A DNA stretch of 64,000 nucleotides from an uncultured virus (IMG/VR IMGVR_UViG_2667527737_000002) (lineage: Duplodnaviria; Heunggongvirae; Uroviricota; Caudoviricetes): IMG/VR virus record IMGVR_UViG_2667527737_000002; one strand, given 5' to 3'. Position numbers and translations under genes: made by a program. Under the pieces are notes generated by a model, which worked only from the letters and a program-made list of their open reading frames with translations, had not been told where the DNA came from and did no database searches. Below, in pieces: positions 40,422 to 49,803 of the stretch; position 1 is the stretch's first letter; each line of letters opens with the position of its first letter.

Positions 40422-40464
40422 CAAAAGCCCACTTTGGTGGGCTTCAGTTCATGCTTTTGATTTA

Positions 40465-40944
40465 TTACCCGAGCAGCTTTGCTAACCCCGCGGTAGTCGC
40501 AGCTTGCACCACAGTTTTAAGTGCTTCCGTTGATAGTTCGCCGAGAGTCGACTTGGCTTTTTCCTTCTGCTCAACGTCCATGTTCGAAATCGCGATCAGG
40601 TCTTCGAGGACGACTACTGCTTCACGATGAAACTTGATGGTCTGTACGTTGAGGATTGCGGAGAGACCGCCGTCGTTGAGCATGAAGTCAATGCCTTTGC
40701 AGGTTACAGAAGACATATCAAGAATGCTAAATGCGAGCTGATCGTCTAGGTTACTCCCCATTCTTGGAAAGGTTATGAGGCCGTGACCAGAAAGATAAAA
40801 CAAGTTAGCAAGTAGTTTATCCAAAGGTGCAGACATGATTATTTCAGATACATAATCATTGCCAAGTTCATCAACAGTCCTTGGATAGGCCTCTATGCAT
40901 ACTTTGAGTATTTCACGCTGCAATTCCCTGTCGAACTTATCCAT
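40465..40944 (-). CDS. Moron protein with winged-helix-like N-terminus
   Basis: RELQREIL, NLFYL..HGLI, TCKGIDF..DGGLSAIL. Confidence 0.75.
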   Translation of the reverse strand: MDKFDRELQREILKVCIEAYPRTVDELGNDYVSEIIMSAPLDKLLANLFYLSGHGLITFPRMGSNLDDQLAFSILDMSSVTCKGIDFMLNDGGLSAILNVQTIKFHREAVVVLEDLIAISNMDVEQKEKAKSTLGELSTEALKTVVQAATTAGLAKLLG

Positions 40945-41086
40945 AACAGCACCTTTATGTGAGTTTTAGCCTCTAACGTACCCTAGTGACGAAGAGACGA
41001 ACATCCTGATAAACGATCAGGTGATTTTGCCGCCTACGCGCATCCCTGCTAACCTGTGTGCAAATGTTAATGATGGGGATAAGGAT

Positions 41087-41608
41087 GTGGAACTAATCAT
41101 AATTTGTGCAATTATTGGGTGCATACCTGCGGCGATAGCGAGCAGTAAAGGGCGCTCGTTTTTTGCTTGGTGGTTATACGGAGCACTTCTCTTCATCGTA
41201 GCTCTAATTCACTCACTGGTAATCAAGAAGGACATTCGCGCCTTGGAACAGAGCCAGCTTGATAGTGGGCTGGTTAAATGTCCATATTGTGCAGAAATGA
41301 TTAAGCCTGAAGCCATAAAGTGTAAGCACTGCGGTAGTGATGTAAAAGAAGCGATAGAAGTTGCTAGGCTCAAAAATTTTAAGCCGAGCGACATTCCTTT
41401 TGATGCTTTTTTCATCAGGAAAAGGGTAGGCTTTGATGTTAATGAAGAGGCGGTAACTAACTTGGTATCACGCTTGAAACAAGCTAATCCAGAATTAGGC
41501 CCCGAGGGCATCAAAGAAAAATATTTTATGCAAATTGATGAGTTGGTAAATCAGCTACCTAGTGGGGTTCGTGATGAATTCATACGAACTTATAATGCAA
41601 AGCTTTGA
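41087..41608 (+). CDS. Membrane protein with zinc ribbon
   Basis: IASSKGRSFFAWW TMs, CPYC/CKHC. Confidence 0.8.
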   Translation: MELIIICAIIGCIPAAIASSKGRSFFAWWLYGALLFIVALIHSLVIKKDIRALEQSQLDSGLVKCPYCAEMIKPEAIKCKHCGSDVKEAIEVARLKNFKPSDIPFDAFFIRKRVGFDVNEEAVTNLVSRLKQANPELGPEGIKEKYFMQIDELVNQLPSGVRDEFIRTYNAKL

Positions 41609-41699
41609 CAACTGAGCCCACTATTTTGTGGGTCTTTATTGTTGCCCCAAAACATGAACCTCGCTCTGGCGGGGTTTTTTATTGCCCGGAGATCGCCAA

Positions 41700-44597
41700 A
41701 TGACTGAACAAACCTCCCGCCTGGCCATTGTTATTGATAGCTCCGGGGCAGAAAAACAGGCTGATAATCTCGCAACTGCACTGGTAAAAATGACGCAGGC
41801 AGGTGAACGTGCTGCCACCAGCGCAGTGAAGGTGACAAAGGCCACTGATGAAGAAAAACAGTCTCTTTCTGAACTCTTAGATCGCATCGACCCGGTAAAC
41901 GCCGCCCTGAACAAACTGGATAAACAGCAGCAGGATCTTGCAAAATTCAAATCAAAGGGGATGGTAGATGCCGATACATTCGATCTTTATTCAAAGAAAA
42001 TCGAGGAAACACGAAACAGGCTAACTGGATTTCGTGACGACCTTGGCAAAACCGGCCAATCAGCCGCACAGACTGCCTTTGCCATGCGCATGATCCCAGC
42101 GCAGATGACCGACATTATTGTCGGCTTATCTACAGGTCAGTCACCGTTTATGGTGCTTATGCAGCAGGGCGGGCAGTTAAAAGATATGTTTGGTGGTATT
42201 GGTCCGGCAATTAAGGGTGTGGGCACCTATGTTATGGGGTTGGTTAACCCTTTCGCTCTTGCAGCTGCGGCGGTCGGTTTTCTTGGTCTGGCCTATTACA
42301 AAGGCACTCAGGAGCAGGACGAGTTTTATAAGTCTCTCGTTCTCACTGGTAATCTGGTAGGCAAAACTTCCGGTCAACTGGCAGATATGGCGGCCCGTGC
42401 ATCGGTCGCAGCTAACTCCACAACCGATGCAGCAGCTTCAACGCTGAATCAGTTGGTGTCATCCGGTAAAGTAGCTGGCGACTCATTGGAGCGCGTGACA
42501 ACCGCCATTGTTAAGACCAGCGAGGCGACGGGCATTGCTACCGATAAGCTGGTTGGTGATTTCAACGACATTGCTGCTGATCCGGTTGCAGCCATTACCA
42601 AACTTAACGACCAGTACCACTTTCTGACACTGGCAACCTACAACCAGATTAAAGCGCTACAGGATGAAGGTAATCAGCAGGATGCTGCACGGGTGGCTAC
42701 TGATGCTTACGCCAATGCCATGCAGCAGCGTGCGAATGATATTCATCAGAATCTTGGTCTTCTTGAAAGTGCATGGGACTCGCTGGGTAAAACGGCCAAA
42801 GGTGCCTGGGATGCGATGCTCAATATTGGGCGCGAACAAACACTAACGGATAAACTTTCCACCTTAAACGAAAATATTGCTGAAGCCCAAAAAGGGCAAA
42901 AAGATGGTGGGTTCTGGAACAGTTTTAGCGCGAGGTTTACCAACCTCCCGGAGATGATAAAACAGAGAGATTTGCTCGAATCAGTTGCCAATCTTCAGGG
43001 GGATGTAACCAAAGGACAGGCGAAGGCTAAGGAAGCCGAACAGCAAAGAATTAAAACGCAGCAGGAAGCAGATCGCGTTAACCAGCAATATTTGAGCAAT
43101 GCGGATAAGCGCAATAAAGCTATTAAGCAGCAAAGCGAGTTCCTGAAGGCAGGTGCAATTACTGCAGAGCAATATGCAAAAAATGTTTCTCGTATTAACG
43201 AGCTGTACAAAGACCCGAAATCACCCAAGACGCCAAAGGGTAAAGCATATACCCAGGACGCGGCAACCCGGCTGCTTGATCAAATAAACCAGCAGACAGC
43301 TGCCTTGCAGTCCCAGCTGGATGCCAGTGACAAGCTTAACAGCGCAACCCAGGCGCGGGTAAAGTTCGAACAGCAAATTGCTGACCTCAAGTCTAAAACG
43401 CAGCTCACCGCTGACCAGAAGTCGATTCTTTCCCGTTCAGATGAAATCCTCCAGGCGTATAAGCAGCAGGAGGCACTGCAAAACTCCGTAAAAACCCTGG
43501 ATGATTACCGGAAAATGCAGGAACAGGTAAAGACGAAGGATGAGCGGACCAACGATCTGCTTAAAACCCGTCTTGAACTGCTGGAGAAAGCCAAAGCAAC
43601 CGGGCAACTAAAACCCGGTGAATATGAAAAAACGCGGGCAGATATTTATCAAAACACCGATATGCAACTGCCCTCGACGGTTCGTAATGTTGTAGGAAAC
43701 CTGACACCCACAGGAGGGCGACTCTCAGGAACTTTTGAGGGGATGCAGGGGCAAATCAACGAATATGGACAGGCTCAGCAAGAGCTCCAGCGCTGGCTGG
43801 CAGCTCAGGAGGAAGCTTATGCGAAGGCCGGTGAAATAACTGCCGAGGGTGAGGCCAGAATGACCTCTATTCGTCAGCGTGCAGCGGATGCAAATCAGGT
43901 CATTGAGGCTCAGAAAAACACCATCATATCTGCGGCCACGCAGTCCTTGTTTGATAGCACCGCTGAAATCATGCGAACGGGGTTTGGTGAGCAATCGGCA
44001 ATCTACAAGGTCGCTTTTGCTGCGAGCAAGGCATTCGCTATCGCGGACTCAATGGTGAAAATCCAGCAGGCTATAGCAAGCGGTGCAGTTAGCGCGCCTT
44101 ATCCGGCCAACATCATCGCTATGGCCTCAATCGCTGCGCAGACCGCCAGTATCGTCTCAAATATCCAGGCTGTTTCAGGAGTTGGCTTCGCCTCCGGCGG
44201 TTACACAGGCCCCGGTGGTAAGTTTCAGCCAGCGGGTATTGTTCACAAAGGTGAGTACGTCTTCGACCAGGCTTCAACGAACCGGATCGGCGTGTCTCAG
44301 CTTGAGGCACTTCGAAATGGCCAACCGCTTGATGCAACTCTGGGGCGCACAGGGTTTGGTACTGGTGTTCAGAACGTTAACAGCGATAACCGCAGGCAAA
44401 CAACTGTACACGCGCCGATTAATCAGGAGTTTCATCTCCAGGGTATTACTCCGGAGCAGTTGAGCGCTACACTCAATCAGAATAATCGACTGCTTTCCAG
44501 GCAGTTAAAAGGTGAACTCACAAAGGAGGTTACCATGCCACAAGGGGCTTTTGGCAACGCTCTAAAAGGAAACTATACACGACACGGTCCTAGGTAA
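41700..44597 (+). CDS. Tail tape measure protein
   Basis: QQGGQLKDMFGG, FASGGYTG, VHKGEYV. Confidence 0.93.
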   Translation: MTEQTSRLAIVIDSSGAEKQADNLATALVKMTQAGERAATSAVKVTKATDEEKQSLSELLDRIDPVNAALNKLDKQQQDLAKFKSKGMVDADTFDLYSKKIEETRNRLTGFRDDLGKTGQSAAQTAFAMRMIPAQMTDIIVGLSTGQSPFMVLMQQGGQLKDMFGGIGPAIKGVGTYVMGLVNPFALAAAAVGFLGLAYYKGTQEQDEFYKSLVLTGNLVGKTSGQLADMAARASVAANSTTDAAASTLNQLVSSGKVAGDSLERVTTAIVKTSEATGIATDKLVGDFNDIAADPVAAITKLNDQYHFLTLATYNQIKALQDEGNQQDAARVATDAYANAMQQRANDIHQNLGLLESAWDSLGKTAKGAWDAMLNIGREQTLTDKLSTLNENIAEAQKGQKDGGFWNSFSARFTNLPEMIKQRDLLESVANLQGDVTKGQAKAKEAEQQRIKTQQEADRVNQQYLSNADKRNKAIKQQSEFLKAGAITAEQYAKNVSRINELYKDPKSPKTPKGKAYTQDAATRLLDQINQQTAALQSQLDASDKLNSATQARVKFEQQIADLKSKTQLTADQKSILSRSDEILQAYKQQEALQNSVKTLDDYRKMQEQVKTKDERTNDLLKTRLELLEKAKATGQLKPGEYEKTRADIYQNTDMQLPSTVRNVVGNLTPTGGRLSGTFEGMQGQINEYGQAQQELQRWLAAQEEAYAKAGEITAEGEARMTSIRQRAADANQVIEAQKNTIISAATQSLFDSTAEIMRTGFGEQSAIYKVAFAASKAFAIADSMVKIQQAIASGAVSAPYPANIIAMASIAAQTASIVSNIQAVSGVGFASGGYTGPGGKFQPAGIVHKGEYVFDQASTNRIGVSQLEALRNGQPLDATLGRTGFGTGVQNVNSDNRRQTTVHAPINQEFHLQGITPEQLSATLNQNNRLLSRQLKGELTKEVTMPQGAFGNALKGNYTRHGPR

Positions 44598-44680
44598 GCT
44601 AAACTGCATTAGCTGAGACTTGATTAGGTAGGTAAGTCTAACAATCTGAGTAGATGCAAGAAAACACAAGGATCTTATTA

Positions 44681-45016
44681 ATGGAAGCGTTGTTAACATT
44701 TACATTTAAAGACTTCATAGCTTTTATGATTCCTCTTTTTATTGGCGGACTTATCTTCAATAGGAGACGTAAACGTAAGGAGGTCCGAGTGAAGTTTTCA
44801 TTTCTTTGGCTTGTTTTGATTGTCGGTGGAATTCTTGAAATATGCGATGACATCTACACAACTTATTCCTATAGGCATAATCACTTATATAATAATGATA
44901 CGCTTACAACCGTGTTTAACTATGATTTTGCAAAAATTGTTTTTTGTGGGGTTTTGATCTTTGTTTCTATTGCGCTTCTTCTTCAGGAGTTGCTTTTAAA
45001 CAAGCAGTCACATTGA
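44681..45016 (+). CDS. Small three-TM moron protein
   Basis: AT-rich hydrophobic ORF. Confidence 0.65.
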   Translation: MEALLTFTFKDFIAFMIPLFIGGLIFNRRRKRKEVRVKFSFLWLVLIVGGILEICDDIYTTYSYRHNHLYNNDTLTTVFNYDFAKIVFCGVLIFVSIALLLQELLLNKQSH

Positions 45017-45329
45017 CTTATATTGCCTGTCGGCGCATCGCCATTTTTTATTTTGATATGGGGCTGTGCCGAAACAATGTAAGCTCATATTAAAGTCAAT
45101 AAAATTAATATATTGATAATGCTGTTTTTTTGATTTCTTTTAGCTCTTGAGGTGAGTTGATAAATATATCGCCTTGTATGTTTGTTTCGATTTAATAAGA
45201 TTTTTGTCTTCGTTAATTTTAACCAAAAAATCAGAGATTTCTTCGATTCCATAGTGCTTTATTCTGAAATGAATACCCTCCTGAGGTTAATGGTGAAATT
45301 TTATTCGAGATACTTTACCGGGAGACTGC

Positions 45330-45803
45330 ATGACTGATATCTACTACCCACATGACAGCCTCCCTATGCCATTACAGGAAGGATACGGATTTCAGCCTGT
45401 GAGCCCGTTAAAACGAACCCAGTTAACCACCGGTCGCGCGAGGCAAAGGCGAGCTTTTACGTCCACGCCGACGCAGGCCAGCATCACCTGGTTTATGGAA
45501 ACCGATGCGCAGGGACTGGCGTTTGAGTCTTGGTTCCGTGATGCGTTATCTGACGGGGCTGCATGGTTCATGATGAAGCTGCAGACGCCGGCAGGCATTA
45601 AGTTTTACAAATGCCGCTTTACAGATATTTATCAGGGACCGGTACTGGTGACCCCGATTTACTGGAAGTACACAGCGACGCTTGAATTATGGGAACGCCC
45701 CCTTGCTCCTGCCCCATGGGGTAATTACCCGGAATGGATCGTCGGCAGCTCACTGCTGGATATTGCGCTGAATAAGGAGTGGCCAAAGCATGACGCAGAT
45801 TAA
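45330..45803 (+). CDS. Minor (distal) tail protein
   Basis: GRARQRR, position. Confidence 0.75.
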   Translation: MTDIYYPHDSLPMPLQEGYGFQPVSPLKRTQLTTGRARQRRAFTSTPTQASITWFMETDAQGLAFESWFRDALSDGAAWFMMKLQTPAGIKFYKCRFTDIYQGPVLVTPIYWKYTATLELWERPLAPAPWGNYPEWIVGSSLLDIALNKEWPKHDAD

Positions 45804-46272
45804 ACGCCTCTACGCCAGCAGCGGGCCGGAGGTGATCATTGAGACGCTGCAGATCACCATTGGTTCTAATGTCCATTACCTGTGCCAGGGTTACGAGGAT
45901 ATTACGGCAACGACGGAGAACGGCGATACCGTAACGTTTTCAGCCTGTGCGATAGACATTGCGCTGCCGGCGTGCAATGCGGACGGCACGCAGGACCTCA
46001 AATTTGCCCTGTGCAATATCGATGGTGTTGTGTCCACGGCGATCCGCTATGCCCTGGCTAACAGATTGCCTGCATGGCTGACGTACCGGAGTTATATCTC
46101 TACGGATTTAGCAGCGCCTGCGGCAGTGCCGTATACGCTGAAAATCAAGTCGGGCTCCTGGACGGCGACAGAGGTTCAGATCACTGCGGGTTACATGAAC
46201 ATCCTCGATACCGCCTGGCCGCGTTACCGCTACACGCTCCCTGTATTCCCCGGACTGCGTTATATCAGCTAA
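45790..46272 (+). CDS. DUF1833-like minor tail protein
   Basis: LYASS, FPGL end. Confidence 0.75.
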   Translation: MTQIKRLYASSGPEVIIETLQITIGSNVHYLCQGYEDITATTENGDTVTFSACAIDIALPACNADGTQDLKFALCNIDGVVSTAIRYALANRLPAWLTYRSYISTDLAAPAAVPYTLKIKSGSWTATEVQITAGYMNILDTAWPRYRYTLPVFPGLRYIS

Positions 46273-46281
46273 GGAATCCCA

Positions 46282-46662
46282 ATGTTCAACCCTGATAAAT
46301 ACCGTTCTGTTAAATGGCAGAAGGGCGGCAGAGCCTACCCGCTACTTGACTGCTTCGGCATTGTGAACGAGATACGCCGCGATCTGAATTTACCCGTCTG
46401 GCCCGATTTTGCAGGGGTAACCAAAGACGACGGCGGCCTCGACCGGGAAGCACGCCGGATGATGCTTACCCTTGAGCGCTGCGAACCCTGCGAAGGGGCC
46501 GGGGTGGCCTGTTATTCCGGGTCGACTGTCACCCACGTAGGGATCGTGGTCAGTATCGGTGGTCTGTTGCATGTGGCGGAATGCAACCCGGGTACGAACG
46601 TCACCTTTCTGCCGTTGCCGCGGTTTAAGCGGCGATTTGTCAAAGTGGAGTTTTGGCAATGA
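46282..46662 (+). CDS. NlpC/P60-like tail protein
   Basis: LDCFG, HVGIV. Confidence 0.75.
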   Translation: MFNPDKYRSVKWQKGGRAYPLLDCFGIVNEIRRDLNLPVWPDFAGVTKDDGGLDREARRMMLTLERCEPCEGAGVACYSGSTVTHVGIVVSIGGLLHVAECNPGTNVTFLPLPRFKRRFVKVEFWQ

Positions 46663-49600
46663 CCATTCGTTTTTACCCGTCCCGGCTTCCCGGTGAACCA
46701 CTCGAAACGCATGAGCATGGTGTAACCAGTATTCGCAGCTGGCTGGTGGCAAATGTTGAAGGCTACGAGGATCGGGATGTCCCACCGCTTACCGTTGAGG
46801 TTGAGGGGCTGTTAATTCCTCCAGGTGAGTGGGCCACCTGCGTGATTCGCCCTGATAGTGATGTCAGGCTTTATCCGGTTCCATTCGGGCTGGAGGCCGC
46901 CACAATCGCGTGGATCGGTATCGGTATCTCCGTTGCCGCTGCAGCCTATTCGCTTGTTTTGATGAGCAACATCGATACGGGCGGCTATACCTCATCCACA
47001 GGGCGGAGTCTCGACCTGAACCCGGCGCGGGCCAACACCGCAAAACTCGGTGATGCCATTCGTGAGGTGTTTGGCCGGGTGCGTATCTACCCGGATTATG
47101 TGGTGCAGCCGGTTACCCGGTTTGATGCCGCCGATCCTACGAAAATGCGCGTCCAGATGCTGCTGTGTCTCGGTGTCGGTGATCTGATTTATACCAATGG
47201 CGATATCCGGGTAGGCAGCACTCCTGCATCGACGCTGCCGGGTTTCAGCAGCATCCATTACCCGCCAGGCGCGGACGTTTCCGGCGATGAGCGCAGTGAA
47301 AACTGGGTCAAAAGTACGGAGGTCGGCGGGACATCATCCGGTACAGGGCTGGATATGGCCCAGACGTCGCCGGATGCCGACGATATTATCGCAGACAGCA
47401 TGACCGTATCCGGTTCGAGCGTAACGTTTACCGGGCTGGATACGGATGATGATGACGATAATGACGAGAACGATAACGCACTGCCGCCCAGTTGGGTCGC
47501 TGGCGCCGTGGTCGAACTGAAAGCCCCGGCGAACTACCAGGTCACTACGGCGGCTGGATACAGCGTTATCGCAAGCCCGCTGCTGACGGAGATCGCGCCG
47601 GTAGTAGGTATGCCGGTAACGCTGGGGTTTAACTCAGTCGATTACGATCTGTTTATCGCGTCATATACCCCCGGCCAGGCTGCAGTGCCCGGCACCGGGG
47701 AGAGTGCAGCAAAACTCCAGGCCAGTGCGGCCCCGACCACCTACGATTTTTCGACCAGCTCCAGCACGTTCACGATCACCTGGCAGGGGGTTACCTACCC
47801 GGTGTCGCTGGTGGCTAACTACGTCTCGATGTCGGGACTGCTGGCGGCCATCACCGAGGGACTCACTGGCTCCGGCCTGGTTGCGCAGGACAACGGCGGC
47901 ACCGTACTAATAACCGAGGCGGCCAGTCCGTTCGCGGGTGGGGCGATCACTTCCTCTTCACTGCCTGCAGCTGTTTTCGGTGATGCCCCGGTTTACACCT
48001 CCGGCACGGCATCAACCGGCGGCAGCCCGGCGGTAACGGCGAATGTGACACTCGCTTATAACTCTGCCACGGGAACGGCCTTTTCCGGCATGCCGGAGGG
48101 GGTGCAACGGCTTTCACTTGCTCACCGCGGGAGTGAGTACCGCATTGTCTCAGCCGATGGTACAACGGCGACGGTGGCGCGCCTGGTTAACGGCGCCGTT
48201 GATGAGTCATGGCCGGGTTTCACCGCCAGGACGATGATTGACTATGAGGCCACTGGCCTTAACGACACGCTGAGCTGGCTGGGGCCGTTCCTCGTATGCC
48301 CTGAAAATGAAGTAGTGGATGCGTTCGAGGTGAATTTCTCCTTCCCGAACGGTATTTGCGGCTTTGACAGCAAGGGGAAAAAGCGGCTTCGGCATGTTGA
48401 GTGGGAGATTCAGTATCGCGTCTACGGTTCCGGATCGGGGTGGGTGAGTCACCAGGGAGAGTATGCGCTTAAAAACGTCAACGGGTTAGGTTTCACTGAG
48501 CGGATCACCCTCAGTTCTCCGGGTCTGGTAGAGGTTCGCTGCCGTCGGCGCAATGAGCAGGGCTCAAATAACGCGAGAGACAGTATGTACTGGCATGCAC
48601 TGCGCGGGCGACTGCTGACGCGCCCTTCATCCTATCCCGGTGTGTCGTTGATGGCGGTGACCGTCGAGACGGGCGGGAAGCTGGCGGCTCAGTCGGACCG
48701 CCGCGTAAACGTTGTGGCCACGCGCGCCTATGAAACCGGAACGGCCAGAACTATCTCGGGTGCTCTGCTGCATGTCGGGAACTCGCTGGGGCTGGAGATG
48801 GATGTCGACACCATCAACGCGCTGGAGTCTGCGTACTGGACGCCACGGGGCGAAAATTTCGATTTCGCCACGGGCGACAGTATCTCAGCGCTGGAAATGC
48901 TGCAGAAGATAGCCAACGCCGGGAAGTCACGTTTTCTGCTGAGTGATGGCCTGGCGACGGTCAACCGTGAGGGGATTAAGCCCTGGACCGGCGTGATCAC
49001 TCCGCATGAGATGGTGGAAGAGCTGCAGAGCGGATTTACCGTACCGTCCGACGATGATTTTGATGGTGTCGACGTGACGTACATCAACGGCGTCACCTGG
49101 GCAGAGGAGACCGTTAAATGCCGGACGCCGGACAATCCCACGCCGGTGAAAATCGAGAACTACAAACTCGATGGGGTACTGAATCAGGATCACGCCTACC
49201 AGATCGGCATGCGTCGCCTGATGAAATACCTGCAGCAGCGGGTGACGTTCCAGACCACTACCGAGCTGGACGCGCTGTGCTACAACACGGGCGATCGCAT
49301 TGTGCTCACGGATGATATTCCGGGTAACAACACGATTTCCTGTCTGGTGGAGGCGATGACAACGGCTGGTGGCGTGACAACGTTCACCGTTACGGAGCCG
49401 CTGGACTGGTCTTTCGAAAATCCCCGAGCGCTGATCCGCTATCAGGATGGCTCTGCATCCGGACTGATGGTGGCGAGCAGGGTGGGTGATTTTCAGCTGA
49501 CAGTCCCGCACCTGAGCGAGTTTGATGACCCGATGAAGGTTGACCTGTCGTCGGCAACCATCGAGCCGATCCGCCTGGTGTTCTGCGGCTCAACGCGCCA

Positions 49601-49727
49601 CGTCTACGACGCCATTGTAGAGGAGATCGCTCCGCAGTCAGACGGAACCTGTCAGGTCAACGCTAAAGAATACCTCGAATCGTTCTACCAGTACGACGAC
49701 GCCACATACCCCGGCGACGCTGCTTAA
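46659..49727 (+). CDS. Tail tip / central tail protein (J-like)
   Basis: Size, IREVFGRVRIYPD, position. Confidence 0.8.
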   Translation: MTIRFYPSRLPGEPLETHEHGVTSIRSWLVANVEGYEDRDVPPLTVEVEGLLIPPGEWATCVIRPDSDVRLYPVPFGLEAATIAWIGIGISVAAAAYSLVLMSNIDTGGYTSSTGRSLDLNPARANTAKLGDAIREVFGRVRIYPDYVVQPVTRFDAADPTKMRVQMLLCLGVGDLIYTNGDIRVGSTPASTLPGFSSIHYPPGADVSGDERSENWVKSTEVGGTSSGTGLDMAQTSPDADDIIADSMTVSGSSVTFTGLDTDDDDDNDENDNALPPSWVAGAVVELKAPANYQVTTAAGYSVIASPLLTEIAPVVGMPVTLGFNSVDYDLFIASYTPGQAAVPGTGESAAKLQASAAPTTYDFSTSSSTFTITWQGVTYPVSLVANYVSMSGLLAAITEGLTGSGLVAQDNGGTVLITEAASPFAGGAITSSSLPAAVFGDAPVYTSGTASTGGSPAVTANVTLAYNSATGTAFSGMPEGVQRLSLAHRGSEYRIVSADGTTATVARLVNGAVDESWPGFTARTMIDYEATGLNDTLSWLGPFLVCPENEVVDAFEVNFSFPNGICGFDSKGKKRLRHVEWEIQYRVYGSGSGWVSHQGEYALKNVNGLGFTERITLSSPGLVEVRCRRRNEQGSNNARDSMYWHALRGRLLTRPSSYPGVSLMAVTVETGGKLAAQSDRRVNVVATRAYETGTARTISGALLHVGNSLGLEMDVDTINALESAYWTPRGENFDFATGDSISALEMLQKIANAGKSRFLLSDGLATVNREGIKPWTGVITPHEMVEELQSGFTVPSDDDFDGVDVTYINGVTWAEETVKCRTPDNPTPVKIENYKLDGVLNQDHAYQIGMRRLMKYLQQRVTFQTTTELDALCYNTGDRIVLTDDIPGNNTISCLVEAMTTAGGVTTFTVTEPLDWSFENPRALIRYQDGSASGLMVASRVGDFQLTVPHLSEFDDPMKVDLSSATIEPIRLVFCGSTRHVYDAIVEEIAPQSDGTCQVNAKEYLESFYQYDDATYPGDAA

Positions 49728-49755
49728 TATCAAAAAAATCCCTTTCAACTTTTCT

Positions 49756-49781
49756 TTCGCTCAAACCCTCGTTTGGGCGAA
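49756..49781 (+). repeat. Left invertase crossover site (gix/hix-like)
   Basis: TTCGCTCAAACCCTCGTTTGGGCGAA, 26 bp. Confidence 0.85.
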
Positions 49782-49803
49782 TACCGTTTTGGAGCAAAAA
49801 AAC

